Below are positions 15,550 through 25,431 of a stretch of 48,000 bases of DNA, in pieces. Position numbers and translations under genes: made by a program. Position 1 is the first letter of the stretch, and every line of letters starts with the position of its first letter. Location of the stretch: the NCBI GenBank assembly GCA_024239075.1, contig JANBVI010000072.1, forward strand, positions 16,622 to 64,621, read 5' to 3'. A model generated the notes under the pieces. That model saw only the letters and a program-made list of their open reading frames with translations, was not told the origin of the DNA and searched no databases. The DNA comes from Fischerella sp. CENA71 (GTDB lineage: Bacteria > Cyanobacteriota > Cyanobacteriia > Cyanobacteriales > Nostocaceae).

Positions 15550-18500
15550 ATGACTGACTACTGGAAAACTTATGATGCAGCAAAATTACCCCTGACATTT
15601 ACTCAAACTAAGGATTTAAAATCCAGCCATAACTTTCATAATATATTTACAGCTTTTCATCTCACAGGCTCCCTAAACGTGGCAGCACTTAGGCAGAGCC
15701 TGAACATGATTGTGCAACGTCACGAAATCTTGCGAACCACATTTGCAACTATCCATGGGCAATCAGTCCAAATCATTGCTCCTTCCTTAACCTTGACACT
15801 ACCAATAGTGGACTGGTGTCAGTTGTCAGAAGAGGAAATGTCTGTCGAGTTGCAAAAACTAGCAATCGAGGAAGTTCAGCAACCCTTTAACTTAACCAAC
15901 AAACCCTTGTTGCGGGTGACCTTATTACGGATAGATGAAGAAGAACACGTGCTACTCCTCGTTATGCACCATACTATTAGTAACAGTTGGTCTGTAGAGG
16001 TGTTCAACCGAGAGATAGCAGCGCTTTACGGGGCCTTGGACACGTCGCTTTCTAATCTCTCAATCAAGTATACGGATTTTGCTTATTGGCAGTGTCAACG
16101 GCTAACTACACAGGTATTAGCAAATCAACTTACCTACTGGAAGCAGCAATTAGCTAATACCTCTGCCCTGCTAGAAATACCCACTAACCGTCCTCCACTT
16201 ACAGAGCAAACTTTCCGAAAGGCAAGGCGATCGCAATTACTGCCGTTTCAGCTAACCGAATCGCTTAAAGCTCTAAGCCAACAGACAGGGGTTACTCTGT
16301 TGGCGACATTACTAGCAGCATTTGTAACGTTACTCTACCGCTATACTAATCAACATGACATTTTGGTGGGAGTGCCAATCACTAACCGCAATGTTGAAAC
16401 CAAGGATTTAATCCGTCTCTTTGTTAACACGCTGGTATTACGCACCCGATTTCAAGGTAATCTAACCTTCAGCGAGCTACTAAAACAAGTAGACGAGACA
16501 ATTGTGGCTGCCTATGATCACCAAGACCTGCCCTTTAAGCATCTAGTTGAGGAACTCCAAGCACCTCTAATTCAGACAATGTTGGTGTTGGAAGATACCT
16601 CAATTGATAGACCAGAACTGTCGAAGTTGACAATCACTCCTATAGAATTGCATAACATTATTAGCAAGTTAGATTTAACACTAGTAATACAAGACACAGA
16701 ATCAGGATTACTCTTAAATTGGGAATACAACACAAATTTGTTCGATAGCACAACAATTGAGCGGATGGCTCTGAATTTCCAGACCTTGCTGGAAAGCATA
16801 GTTACTGATCCGCAGCAACGAGTTGCTCAATTACAATTGCTAAGTGCCACCGAACAACATCAATTACTGGTGGAATGGAACGACACAAGTGCCGACTATC
16901 CCCTAGAACAGTGTTTTCCAAGAGTTTTTGAAGCTACCGTTGCGCGGACTCCAGATGCAGTCGCGGTGGTTTCTGTAGACGCGCAGAGTGCGGCTTCTCG
17001 CAGAGTAAACCAGCAACTAACATATCAACAATTAAATGCTCGTGCAAACCGTTGGGCAAGGTATCTAGTTGAGCAAGGAGTCGGAAAAGAAACGATAGTC
17101 GCTTTACTGTGCGATCGCAATATTGATTTCTTAACGGCGATGCTAGCAGTATTCAAAGCAGGTGGAGCATACCTACCTCTCAATCCTCAGCATCCACCTG
17201 AACGGATACAGCAAGTACTAGAACAAAGCCAAGCACCATTGGTATTAGCAGCTAGCTGTTGGGCATCGATTATTTCCTCAATAGACATCGAGTCACAGCT
17301 GCTGTGCCTTGAAGAGTTGGATTCTCAAGAGTACTCCAGTGAAAACCTTCCTGTACGCTGCTATCCAGAGAACTTGGCTTACGTGATTTACACCTCCGGT
17401 TCGACTGGAAAGCCTAAAGGGGTGATGATTGAACATCGCGGAATGCTTAATCATTTGTACGCAAAGGTGACAGATTTACAGTTAACAAAGAGCGATGTCG
17501 TCGCGCAAACTGCAACACAAATATTTGATATTAGTATTTGGCAATTTTTAGCGGCATTACTAGTTGGTGGACGAGTTGAGATTGTCTGCACTGAAATTGC
17601 TGGCGATCCTGCCCAGTTACTTTCATTGGTGCAACGTCAGCAAATCTCAATTTTAGAAATTGTACCATCGCTATTACGTATGATACTTCAACACATCAAA
17701 CTCAACGGTGTAGCTGGTACTGAACTGTCTTGTTTACGATGGTTATTACTAACTGGTGAAACTTTGCCACCACAGTTATGTCGTCAGTGGTTCGAGCATT
17801 ATCCGCAGATTCCGATGATGAATGCATACGGTCCAACAGAATGTTCCGACGATGTCACTCATCATCCTATCTACGTACCGCCTCAAAAGGAAGTAGTTAA
17901 TCTGCCGATTGGTCGTCCGGTGTCAAATACACAACTATATATTCTCGATAGCCAGTTGCAACCCGTACCAATTGGAGTTACTGGAGAACTTTATGTTGGA
18001 GGTCTTGGTGTTGGGCGTGGCTATTTATACAATTCAATTCTCACAGAAAAAGCTTTTATCAAAAATCCCTTTACTAAAGAAGCAGGCGCCCGCTTGTATA
18101 AAACAGGCGATAAAGCTCGCTACCTGAGTGATGGTAATATCGAGTTTCTTGGTCGCATTGACTACCAGGTAAAGATTCGTGGATTTCGGATTGAGTTAGG
18201 AGAAATTGAGGTGGTTTTGGCACAGCATCCGCAAGTACGAGAAGTGGTAGTCGTCGCCAAGGAGGAACAATCAGGGAATCAGTATCTAGTGGCTTACGTT
18301 GTCCCTAACCAAGAAATCACTACCACCGAACTACGCGACTTCCTTAAACAAAAGCTGCCCGAATACATGATACCTACGGCGTTTGTTCTGTTGAAGTCCA
18401 TGCCCTTAACTTCTAACGGTAAGGTAGATCGTCATGCTTTACCCGCACCAGAGTTTCAACTCTGTCTTAATGCTAATTTTGTTGCTCCCCATACACCTAC

Positions 18501-21500
18501 GCAAGAAATTCTTGCCAAGTTATGGGCAGAAGTCCTTAATCTCAAACAAATTGGTATTTACGACAACTTCTTCGAGATGGGAGGAAACTCTCTACTTGCT
18601 ACTCAGGTTATTTCGCGGTTGCGCTCCCTTTTTGGGGTTGAGTTGCCCTTACGTCGCTTGTTTGAAACTCCGACTGTGGGAGAGTTGAGTGAATTGATAA
18701 GGGCTTGCAACTGTGCTATTGAGTTACAGATACCAAAGATCGCCCCAGTTCCACGGAGCGAATACCTACCTCTATCCTTTGCTCAAGCTAGATTGTGGTT
18801 CCTCAATCAATTAGATGAGAAAAGTGCTATCTACAACATGCCAGAACCCCTACGTATTCTTGGTTCTCTCAACGTAGCGGCTTTGGAAATGGCTGTGCAA
18901 GAAATTATACGGCGTCATGAAATTTTACGTACTACCTTCAAGATAGTAAATAGTTTTCCAGTATCGATAATTGCTAGTAGTACGACCATAAATATACCAG
19001 TAGTTGACCTGCAACATTTGCCAGAACAAGAACAGTCTGAACAAGTGCAACAATTAGCGATCGCAGAGTCTCAACAACTCTTTGACCTCTCAAACGGTCC
19101 ATTGCTGCGAGCTACTTTGCTGCGGCTAGAGGAGCAATCTCACGTGCTGTTACTAACAATGCACCACATTGTTTCTGATGGCTGGTCAATGGGGATATTT
19201 GTAAAGGAATTATCTGCACTTTATCAAGCTTTTGATTCAGGTAAGCCTGCGGAGTTATCAGAGTTATCAATTCAATATGCTGACTTTGCTCATTGGCAAA
19301 AAGAATGGCTAACTGGAGAGGTACTGCAAACCCAACTCAACTACTGGAAGCAACAATTAGCTTCATCACCACCTCTATTAGAACTACCTACTGACCATCC
19401 CCGTCCATCAATTCAAACATTTCAAGGTAGCACAGAATATTTTCAACTGGATCGGGAGTTGACTTCTCAGCTCAAAACTCTCTCTCACAAATCAGGAGCT
19501 ACCCTATTTATGACCCTGTTGGCAGTTTTTGCCACTTTACTTTCACGTTACAGTGGTCTAGAGGATATAGTTATCGGCTCCCCCATTGCCAACCGCAACT
19601 GTAGTGAGTTTGAATCGTTAATTGGCTTTTTTGTCAATACCCTAGTATTGCGTACCCAACTGCAAGGAAATCCTACTTTCAGTGAGTTACTAGAACGAGT
19701 GCGGGAAATGACATTAGGAGCCTACGAACACCAAGACCTACCTTTTGAGAAACTAGTTGAGGAACTTCAACCAGAGCGTTCCCTCAGCCATACACCACTG
19801 TTCCAAGTGATGTTCGCATTGCAAAATGCGCCAATAGAGAAACTGGAGCTGCCAAATTTAACCATAACTCCATTCAAAATGGAGAGTGTCACCGCCAAGT
19901 TTGATTTAACCTTATTAATGGAGGAAACAGAGGCAGGATTGACTGGGGAATTAGTATACAACAAAGACCTATTTGATGCCGCTACCATTAGACAGATGGC
20001 AAGGCATTTTCAGCTCTTGTCAGAAGGTATTGTCACCAATCCCCAAGAGCGAGTAGGACAATTACCACTATTAAATAGTGCTGAACTGCATCAATTGCTT
20101 GTCGAGTGGAACGACACCCAAGTAGATTATCCCCAAGATAAATGTATCCATCAATTGTTTGAAGAACAGGTGGAGCGATCGCCAGATGCGATCGCAGTTG
20201 TGTTTGAAAGCAAACAACTGACTTACCGAGAATTGAACGACCGTGCCAACCAGTTAGCCCACTATCTGCAAACTTTGGGAGTAAAACCAGAAGTACTTGT
20301 GGGAATCTGTGTTGAGCGCTCCTTGGAAATGATAGTCGGACTACTGGGGATTCTCAAGGCAGGTGGTGCTTATGTACCCTTAGACCCAGCATATCCCCAA
20401 GATAGATTGAGTTTCATGTTGTCAGACTCGCAGATTCCAGTCTTGCTAACTCAAGAAAAGCTAGTAGCAAATCTACCTGAGTATGCGGGGCATATGATTC
20501 GCTTAGATGCAGATTGGCAAGTAATTTCTCAGCAGAGCCATACCAATGCGAACAGCCATGTACAACCTAATAACTTAGTTTATGTAATTTATACTTCAGG
20601 TTCTACAGGACAACCGAAAGGCGTCCTAGTCACCCATCAAGCATTGTGCAACCTGGCGACTTCACAGATTCGCATTTTCCACGTTCAGTCTGATAGTCGT
20701 GTACTTCAATTTGCGTCCTTTAGCTTTGATGCTTCGATTTCAGAAGTTGTCATGGCACTTTGTGCTGGAGCACAACTTTATTTAGGAACGCGAGAATCTT
20801 TGCTTCCAGGGTCAAGTTTAACGCAACTGTTACACGACCAAGCGATTACCCATGTTACGTTCCCTCCCTCTGCATTAGCGGCGATGCCACCACATGTAGA
20901 CTTTCCAGACTTACGCACTATAATCGTAGCAGGAGAAGCCTGTCCGCCTGATTTAGTATCGCAATGGTCTAGAGGGCGACATTTCATCAATGGTTACGGA
21001 CCAACTGAAGCAACTGTTTGTGCTACCACCGCTGTTTGTACCAATGGCGAATCTCAACTACCTATCGGGCGCCCAATCGCCAACACCCAAGTCTATATAC
21101 TTGATCGCTATCTCCAACCTGTTCCTATCGGTGTTCCTGGGGAACTACATATTGGAGGTGTTGGTTTAGCAAGAGGTTACCTTAATCGTTCAGAGTTAAC
21201 ATTAGAGAAATTTATCCCTAATCTTTTTAGCAAAGAAAACTCTGCACGCCTTTATAAAACAGGTGACTTAGCCCGTTACTTACCAGATGGCAACATCGAG
21301 TACCTTGGTCGCATTGACGAGCAGGTAAAAATTCGCGGTTTCCGCATTGAGTTAGGAGAAATTGAAGCTGTATTGAGCCAACACCCCCAAATACGGGAAG
21401 CTGTGGTGATTGTAAGAGAAGATAAACCAGGCAATAGGCGGCTAGTAGCTTATATAGTACCCAATTTTGAGCCACTTTCCAGCAACGAACTGCGTAACTT

Positions 21501-21933
21501 ACTAAAAGAGAAACTAGCCGAATACATGATACCCTCAGCATTTATAATGCTAGAGTCTCTACCTCTAACTCCGAATGGCAAAGTAGACCGTAAAGCACTT
21601 TCTGTACTCAAACAGACACATACTGAATTAGAAACTACTTTAGTGCTACCTCGTACACCAGTAGAGGAGATACTTGCAGACATTTGGATAGAAATCCTGG
21701 GTTTGGAGCAGGTCGGAATTTACCAAAATTTCTTTGAGTTAGGCGGCCATTCTCTACTAGGTACCCAGGTTATTTCTAGAATACAAGATTCCTTAGAAGT
21801 AAGACTTCCTTTGCGTACACTGTTTGAGAATCAAACTATCGCTGATTTAGCTGTGAGCATTCTCCAGTGTTTTGCCGAGGAGACAGAGCTAAAAGAGATG
21901 GATAGTATTCTGGCTGAGTTAGAAAAACTTTAA
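15550..21933 (+). CDS. NRPS 1, two modules: C(degenerate)-A-T-C-A-T
   Basis: 2127 aa. C1 has MHHTISNSWS in place of HHxxxDG. A1: LAYVIYTSGSTGKPKG, FDISIWQ, NAYGPTECSDDV, YKTGDKARY, GRIDYQVKIRGFRIELGEIE, NGKVDR. T1: FFEMGGNSLLA. C2: PLSFAQARLWFL, MHHIVSDGWS. A2: LVYVIYTSGSTGQPKG, FDASISE, NGYGPTEATVCAT. T2: FFELGGHSLLG. A short helical C-terminal tail (EETELKEMDSILAELEKL) is docking-like. Confidence 0.95.
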   Translation: MTDYWKTYDAAKLPLTFTQTKDLKSSHNFHNIFTAFHLTGSLNVAALRQSLNMIVQRHEILRTTFATIHGQSVQIIAPSLTLTLPIVDWCQLSEEEMSVELQKLAIEEVQQPFNLTNKPLLRVTLLRIDEEEHVLLLVMHHTISNSWSVEVFNREIAALYGALDTSLSNLSIKYTDFAYWQCQRLTTQVLANQLTYWKQQLANTSALLEIPTNRPPLTEQTFRKARRSQLLPFQLTESLKALSQQTGVTLLATLLAAFVTLLYRYTNQHDILVGVPITNRNVETKDLIRLFVNTLVLRTRFQGNLTFSELLKQVDETIVAAYDHQDLPFKHLVEELQAPLIQTMLVLEDTSIDRPELSKLTITPIELHNIISKLDLTLVIQDTESGLLLNWEYNTNLFDSTTIERMALNFQTLLESIVTDPQQRVAQLQLLSATEQHQLLVEWNDTSADYPLEQCFPRVFEATVARTPDAVAVVSVDAQSAASRRVNQQLTYQQLNARANRWARYLVEQGVGKETIVALLCDRNIDFLTAMLAVFKAGGAYLPLNPQHPPERIQQVLEQSQAPLVLAASCWASIISSIDIESQLLCLEELDSQEYSSENLPVRCYPENLAYVIYTSGSTGKPKGVMIEHRGMLNHLYAKVTDLQLTKSDVVAQTATQIFDISIWQFLAALLVGGRVEIVCTEIAGDPAQLLSLVQRQQISILEIVPSLLRMILQHIKLNGVAGTELSCLRWLLLTGETLPPQLCRQWFEHYPQIPMMNAYGPTECSDDVTHHPIYVPPQKEVVNLPIGRPVSNTQLYILDSQLQPVPIGVTGELYVGGLGVGRGYLYNSILTEKAFIKNPFTKEAGARLYKTGDKARYLSDGNIEFLGRIDYQVKIRGFRIELGEIEVVLAQHPQVREVVVVAKEEQSGNQYLVAYVVPNQEITTTELRDFLKQKLPEYMIPTAFVLLKSMPLTSNGKVDRHALPAPEFQLCLNANFVAPHTPTQEILAKLWAEVLNLKQIGIYDNFFEMGGNSLLATQVISRLRSLFGVELPLRRLFETPTVGELSELIRACNCAIELQIPKIAPVPRSEYLPLSFAQARLWFLNQLDEKSAIYNMPEPLRILGSLNVAALEMAVQEIIRRHEILRTTFKIVNSFPVSIIASSTTINIPVVDLQHLPEQEQSEQVQQLAIAESQQLFDLSNGPLLRATLLRLEEQSHVLLLTMHHIVSDGWSMGIFVKELSALYQAFDSGKPAELSELSIQYADFAHWQKEWLTGEVLQTQLNYWKQQLASSPPLLELPTDHPRPSIQTFQGSTEYFQLDRELTSQLKTLSHKSGATLFMTLLAVFATLLSRYSGLEDIVIGSPIANRNCSEFESLIGFFVNTLVLRTQLQGNPTFSELLERVREMTLGAYEHQDLPFEKLVEELQPERSLSHTPLFQVMFALQNAPIEKLELPNLTITPFKMESVTAKFDLTLLMEETEAGLTGELVYNKDLFDAATIRQMARHFQLLSEGIVTNPQERVGQLPLLNSAELHQLLVEWNDTQVDYPQDKCIHQLFEEQVERSPDAIAVVFESKQLTYRELNDRANQLAHYLQTLGVKPEVLVGICVERSLEMIVGLLGILKAGGAYVPLDPAYPQDRLSFMLSDSQIPVLLTQEKLVANLPEYAGHMIRLDADWQVISQQSHTNANSHVQPNNLVYVIYTSGSTGQPKGVLVTHQALCNLATSQIRIFHVQSDSRVLQFASFSFDASISEVVMALCAGAQLYLGTRESLLPGSSLTQLLHDQAITHVTFPPSALAAMPPHVDFPDLRTIIVAGEACPPDLVSQWSRGRHFINGYGPTEATVCATTAVCTNGESQLPIGRPIANTQVYILDRYLQPVPIGVPGELHIGGVGLARGYLNRSELTLEKFIPNLFSKENSARLYKTGDLARYLPDGNIEYLGRIDEQVKIRGFRIELGEIEAVLSQHPQIREAVVIVREDKPGNRRLVAYIVPNFEPLSSNELRNLLKEKLAEYMIPSAFIMLESLPLTPNGKVDRKALSVLKQTHTELETTLVLPRTPVEEILADIWIEILGLEQVGIYQNFFELGGHSLLGTQVISRIQDSLEVRLPLRTLFENQTIADLAVSILQCFAEETELKEMDSILAELEKL

Positions 21934-22017
21934 TCAAACTCTTCTTTTTCTTGTTTGGCATACTTGCCACCTTCGCGGTTAGATATATTTTTTTAACCAC
22001 GTAGACACAAAGTTGAA

Positions 22018-25000
22018 ATGACAGAGTTATTTTCAAAACAATTAGTTATGAGTAATTTTAGTCAACGTATCGCTAATCTATCTCCAGAAAAACAGGCACT
22101 ACTAGAGCAACGTCTGATGAAAAAGGGTGCTAACGTAGCCAAAAAGCAATTAATTCCACGTAGACAAACATCAGACCCTTGCCCTTTATCTTATTCTCAG
22201 CAAAGATTGTGGTTCTTGAATCAGTTGGAACCTAATAACGCTTTTAACATCTCCATTGCAGTACGTTTGAGCGGTATCTTGAATGTAAAAACACTGCAAC
22301 AAACACTCAATGCAATTGTAGCTCGTCATGAAGTATTACGTACAACTTTTATAACTGTAGATGAAAATCCAATACAAGTTATTGCTGAAATACCAACAGT
22401 AAAAATTACGGTAATTGATCTCAGCGACCAGTATAATATCGACCATGAAGCAGAAGTCAAACGAATTCTGACAAAAGAAGCGCAATATTTGTTCAACTTA
22501 TCCTCTGATTTGATGTTACGTCCTACTTTACTGCGGTTGAGTGAAGAGGAATACGTACTACTTTTAGTAATGCATCACGTTGCCTCGGATGGTTGGTCGA
22601 TGGGAATTCTTTTTCGAGAACTTGCAGGTTTCTACGAAGCTTTTTCTACGGGAAAATCATCACCATTCCCTGAATTACCAATTCAATATGCTGACTTTGC
22701 TTATTGGCAACGGCAGTGGTTGAGTGAGGAGGTACTGCAAAGCCAACTAAACTACTGGAAACGACAATTAGCGGAGTCTCCAAGTCTTTTACCGCTACCA
22801 ACTGATAGACCACGCCCCCCAATTCAGACATTCCAAGGTGGTACTAAATATTTTCAACTTAATCGGGACTTAACGCAAAAACTCAAAACCCTGAGTCAAC
22901 ACTCAGGAGCAACTTTGTTTATGACTCTGTTGTCTGGTTTTGCTGTTTTACTCGCGCGCTATACCTCTCAAGAAGATATAGTGATTGGTTCCCCCATCGC
23001 TAACCGCAATCGCAGTGAAATCGAGCCATTAATTGGCTTCTTTATTAATACTTTAGTACTACGCACTCAACTTCAAGGAAATCCCACTTTTTTAGAATTA
23101 CTAGAACGAGTCCGAGAGATGACTTTGGGTGCTTATGACCATCAAGACTTACCTTTCGAGAAGCTTGTTGAGGAACTTCAGCCGGAACGTTCTCTTAGTC
23201 ATGCACCTTTATTTCAGGTGATGTTTGTCTTACAAAATGCTCCTATGGGGAAACTGGAATTACCAGGTTTAACTTTAACTCCTTTGGAAGTAGATGATGT
23301 CACCGCAAAAAATGATTTATTTCTCTCAATGACGGATACCGAAGCGGGATTGACCGGCGAGATGGTATATAACAGTGACCTATTTAATGCAAGTACTATC
23401 AAGCGGATGGCAGGACATTTTGAAACATTACTCGAAAGTATCGTAGCCGATCCTCAGCAAAAAGTGGGGCAATTACCAATATTGAGTGCTGAGGAGCAGG
23501 AGCAGTTATTAGTGGAATGGAACAACACTGATACAGAGTATCCTTTAGAGCAATGTTTCCCAGAAGTATTTGAAGCAATTGTTGAGCGAACACCTGATGC
23601 AGTAGCGGTGGTATTTGTAGAGGCCCACAGTGGAGCTTCTCCAACAGTAGAGCAATTAACATATCAACAATTAAACGCTCGTGCTAATCGTTGGGCAAGG
23701 TATTTGGTAGATCAAGGAGTCGGAGCAGAAACAATAGTTGCTTTGCTGTGCGATCGCAACATCGATTTGTTGACGGCAATGCTGGCAATATTAAAAGCAG
23801 GTGGAGCCTACTTACCTATTAACCCTGAGCATCCAGGCGAACGAATTGAGCAACTATTGTCACAAAGTCAAGTACCTGTATTATTATCAGCTAGTTGTTA
23901 TTCATCCCTAGTTAGTAGTCTTGACACATCATTAGAATTATTTTTACTTGAAGATTTAGATTGCCAACACTACTCAAGTCTAAATTTGCCCAGGCGATGC
24001 CATCAAGATCACTTAGCTTATGTGATTTACACCTCCGGTTCGACAGGAAAACCGAAAGGGGTGATGATAGAACATCGCGGAATGCTCAATCATTTGTATG
24101 CTAAGGTCACAGATTTAGATTTAGACGCCACCGATGTTGTCGCCCAAACTGCAAGCCAAACATTTGATATTAGTATTTGGCAATTTTTAGTGGCATTGCT
24201 AGTAGGTGGACGAGTTGAGATTGTCAGCAGTGAAATCCTCACTGACCCTGCCCAGTTACTCTCCATACTTCAGCATCGGCAAATCTCTATATTGGAAGTT
24301 GTACCATCATACCTGCGGATGATGCTGCAACAGATTGAAAACAGTGATATTAAACCTAATTTATCTGTGTTGCGATGGTTGTTGTTAACGGGTGAAACTT
24401 TGACACCCCCATTGTGCCGTCAATGGTTGGATTACTATCCAACCATCCCAATCATGAATGCCTATGGTCCAACCGAGTGTTCGGATGATGTTACCCATTA
24501 TCCAATTTACACACCACCCAAACAGGAAATACTAAATTTACCGATTGGTCGTCCTGTAGCAAATACCCAGTTATATATACTTGATACTCAATTGCAACCA
24601 GTGCCAATAGGAATTCCTGGAGAACTCTATGTTGGTGGTATTGGTGTGGGACGTGGTTATTTACACGATTTAGAACAGACACAACTGGCTTTTATACACA
24701 ATCGATTTCAACAGACAACATGTGGTGTCTCGACATCAAGGTTGTATAAAACTGGTGATCAAGCCCGTTTCCTCCCAGATGGCAATATTGAATTCCTTGG
24801 TCGCATTGATTACCAGGTGAAGATTCGCGGCTTCCGCATTGAGTTGGGAGAAGTTGAAGCAGTACTGACTCAACATCCATATGTTCAAGAGGCAGTGGTG
24901 ATTTCTAGGGAAAACCTACCTAACAACCAATATTTAGTCGCTTATATTGTCCCTAATGAAGAAATGACTACAACTGGAGAACTGCGGGATTTCCTAAAAC

Positions 25001-25431
25001 AGAAGTTGCCTGACTACATGATACCTACAGCATTTGTGATGTTGGAGTCTATACCTTTAACTTCAAACGGTAAAGTAGACCATCGTGCATTACCCGCACC
25101 GGATATGGCATTGATTTCAACCGTTAACTTTGTTCCTGCTTGCACACCTACGCAAGAAATTCTCGCGAAATTGTGGTCAGAAATTCTTAATCTTGAACAA
25201 GTAGGCATACACAACAATTTCTTTGAATTGGGGGGACATTCTCTATTAGCTACTCGAGTAATTTCTAGGTTGCGTGCGCTGTTTGGGGTGGATTTGCCTT
25301 TGCGGCGTTTGTTTGAAGAACCTACTGTAGCTGCCTTAGCTGACAGCATTGACAACATTCGTTCAACAATACAAAAGTTACAAACCAATCCAAATTACCA
25401 ATCAGAGGAACGCGAGGAAATTGAGCTATGA
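22018..25431 (+). CDS. NRPS 2, one module: C-A-T
   Basis: 1137 aa. N-terminal LSPEKQALLEQRL helix. C: PLSYSQQRLWFL, MHHVASDGWS. A: LAYVIYTSGSTGKPKG, FDISIWQ, NAYGPTECSDDV. T: FFELGGHSLLA. The stop overlaps the next start (ATGA at 25428-25431). Confidence 0.95.
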   Translation: MTELFSKQLVMSNFSQRIANLSPEKQALLEQRLMKKGANVAKKQLIPRRQTSDPCPLSYSQQRLWFLNQLEPNNAFNISIAVRLSGILNVKTLQQTLNAIVARHEVLRTTFITVDENPIQVIAEIPTVKITVIDLSDQYNIDHEAEVKRILTKEAQYLFNLSSDLMLRPTLLRLSEEEYVLLLVMHHVASDGWSMGILFRELAGFYEAFSTGKSSPFPELPIQYADFAYWQRQWLSEEVLQSQLNYWKRQLAESPSLLPLPTDRPRPPIQTFQGGTKYFQLNRDLTQKLKTLSQHSGATLFMTLLSGFAVLLARYTSQEDIVIGSPIANRNRSEIEPLIGFFINTLVLRTQLQGNPTFLELLERVREMTLGAYDHQDLPFEKLVEELQPERSLSHAPLFQVMFVLQNAPMGKLELPGLTLTPLEVDDVTAKNDLFLSMTDTEAGLTGEMVYNSDLFNASTIKRMAGHFETLLESIVADPQQKVGQLPILSAEEQEQLLVEWNNTDTEYPLEQCFPEVFEAIVERTPDAVAVVFVEAHSGASPTVEQLTYQQLNARANRWARYLVDQGVGAETIVALLCDRNIDLLTAMLAILKAGGAYLPINPEHPGERIEQLLSQSQVPVLLSASCYSSLVSSLDTSLELFLLEDLDCQHYSSLNLPRRCHQDHLAYVIYTSGSTGKPKGVMIEHRGMLNHLYAKVTDLDLDATDVVAQTASQTFDISIWQFLVALLVGGRVEIVSSEILTDPAQLLSILQHRQISILEVVPSYLRMMLQQIENSDIKPNLSVLRWLLLTGETLTPPLCRQWLDYYPTIPIMNAYGPTECSDDVTHYPIYTPPKQEILNLPIGRPVANTQLYILDTQLQPVPIGIPGELYVGGIGVGRGYLHDLEQTQLAFIHNRFQQTTCGVSTSRLYKTGDQARFLPDGNIEFLGRIDYQVKIRGFRIELGEVEAVLTQHPYVQEAVVISRENLPNNQYLVAYIVPNEEMTTTGELRDFLKQKLPDYMIPTAFVMLESIPLTSNGKVDHRALPAPDMALISTVNFVPACTPTQEILAKLWSEILNLEQVGIHNNFFELGGHSLLATRVISRLRALFGVDLPLRRLFEEPTVAALADSIDNIRSTIQKLQTNPNYQSEEREEIEL
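23374..24945 (+). repeat. Copy 1 of a ~1572-bp near-identical direct repeat (C-A linker plus most of an A domain)
   Basis: Offset is exactly 3497 nt to copy 2. The encoded protein is identical from SDLFNASTIKRM to VVISRENLP except A/T at 23410. Antisense track ORFs 23399-23662, 24491-24682 and 24692-24880 are duplicated at +3497 (the latter two identical, the first with one substitution). Confidence 0.9.

Noticed and set aside
16960-17010. 10-12 residue insertion (SVDAQSAASRRVNQ and variants) just before core A1 in all four DIWELTADDK A domains, considered as another short-repeat insertion
   Set aside because: The DNA shows only a weak internal echo (cgcagag twice) and no match to the spacer repeat units. 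It is more likely a clade-specific loop of this A-domain lineage. It is not separately supportable.
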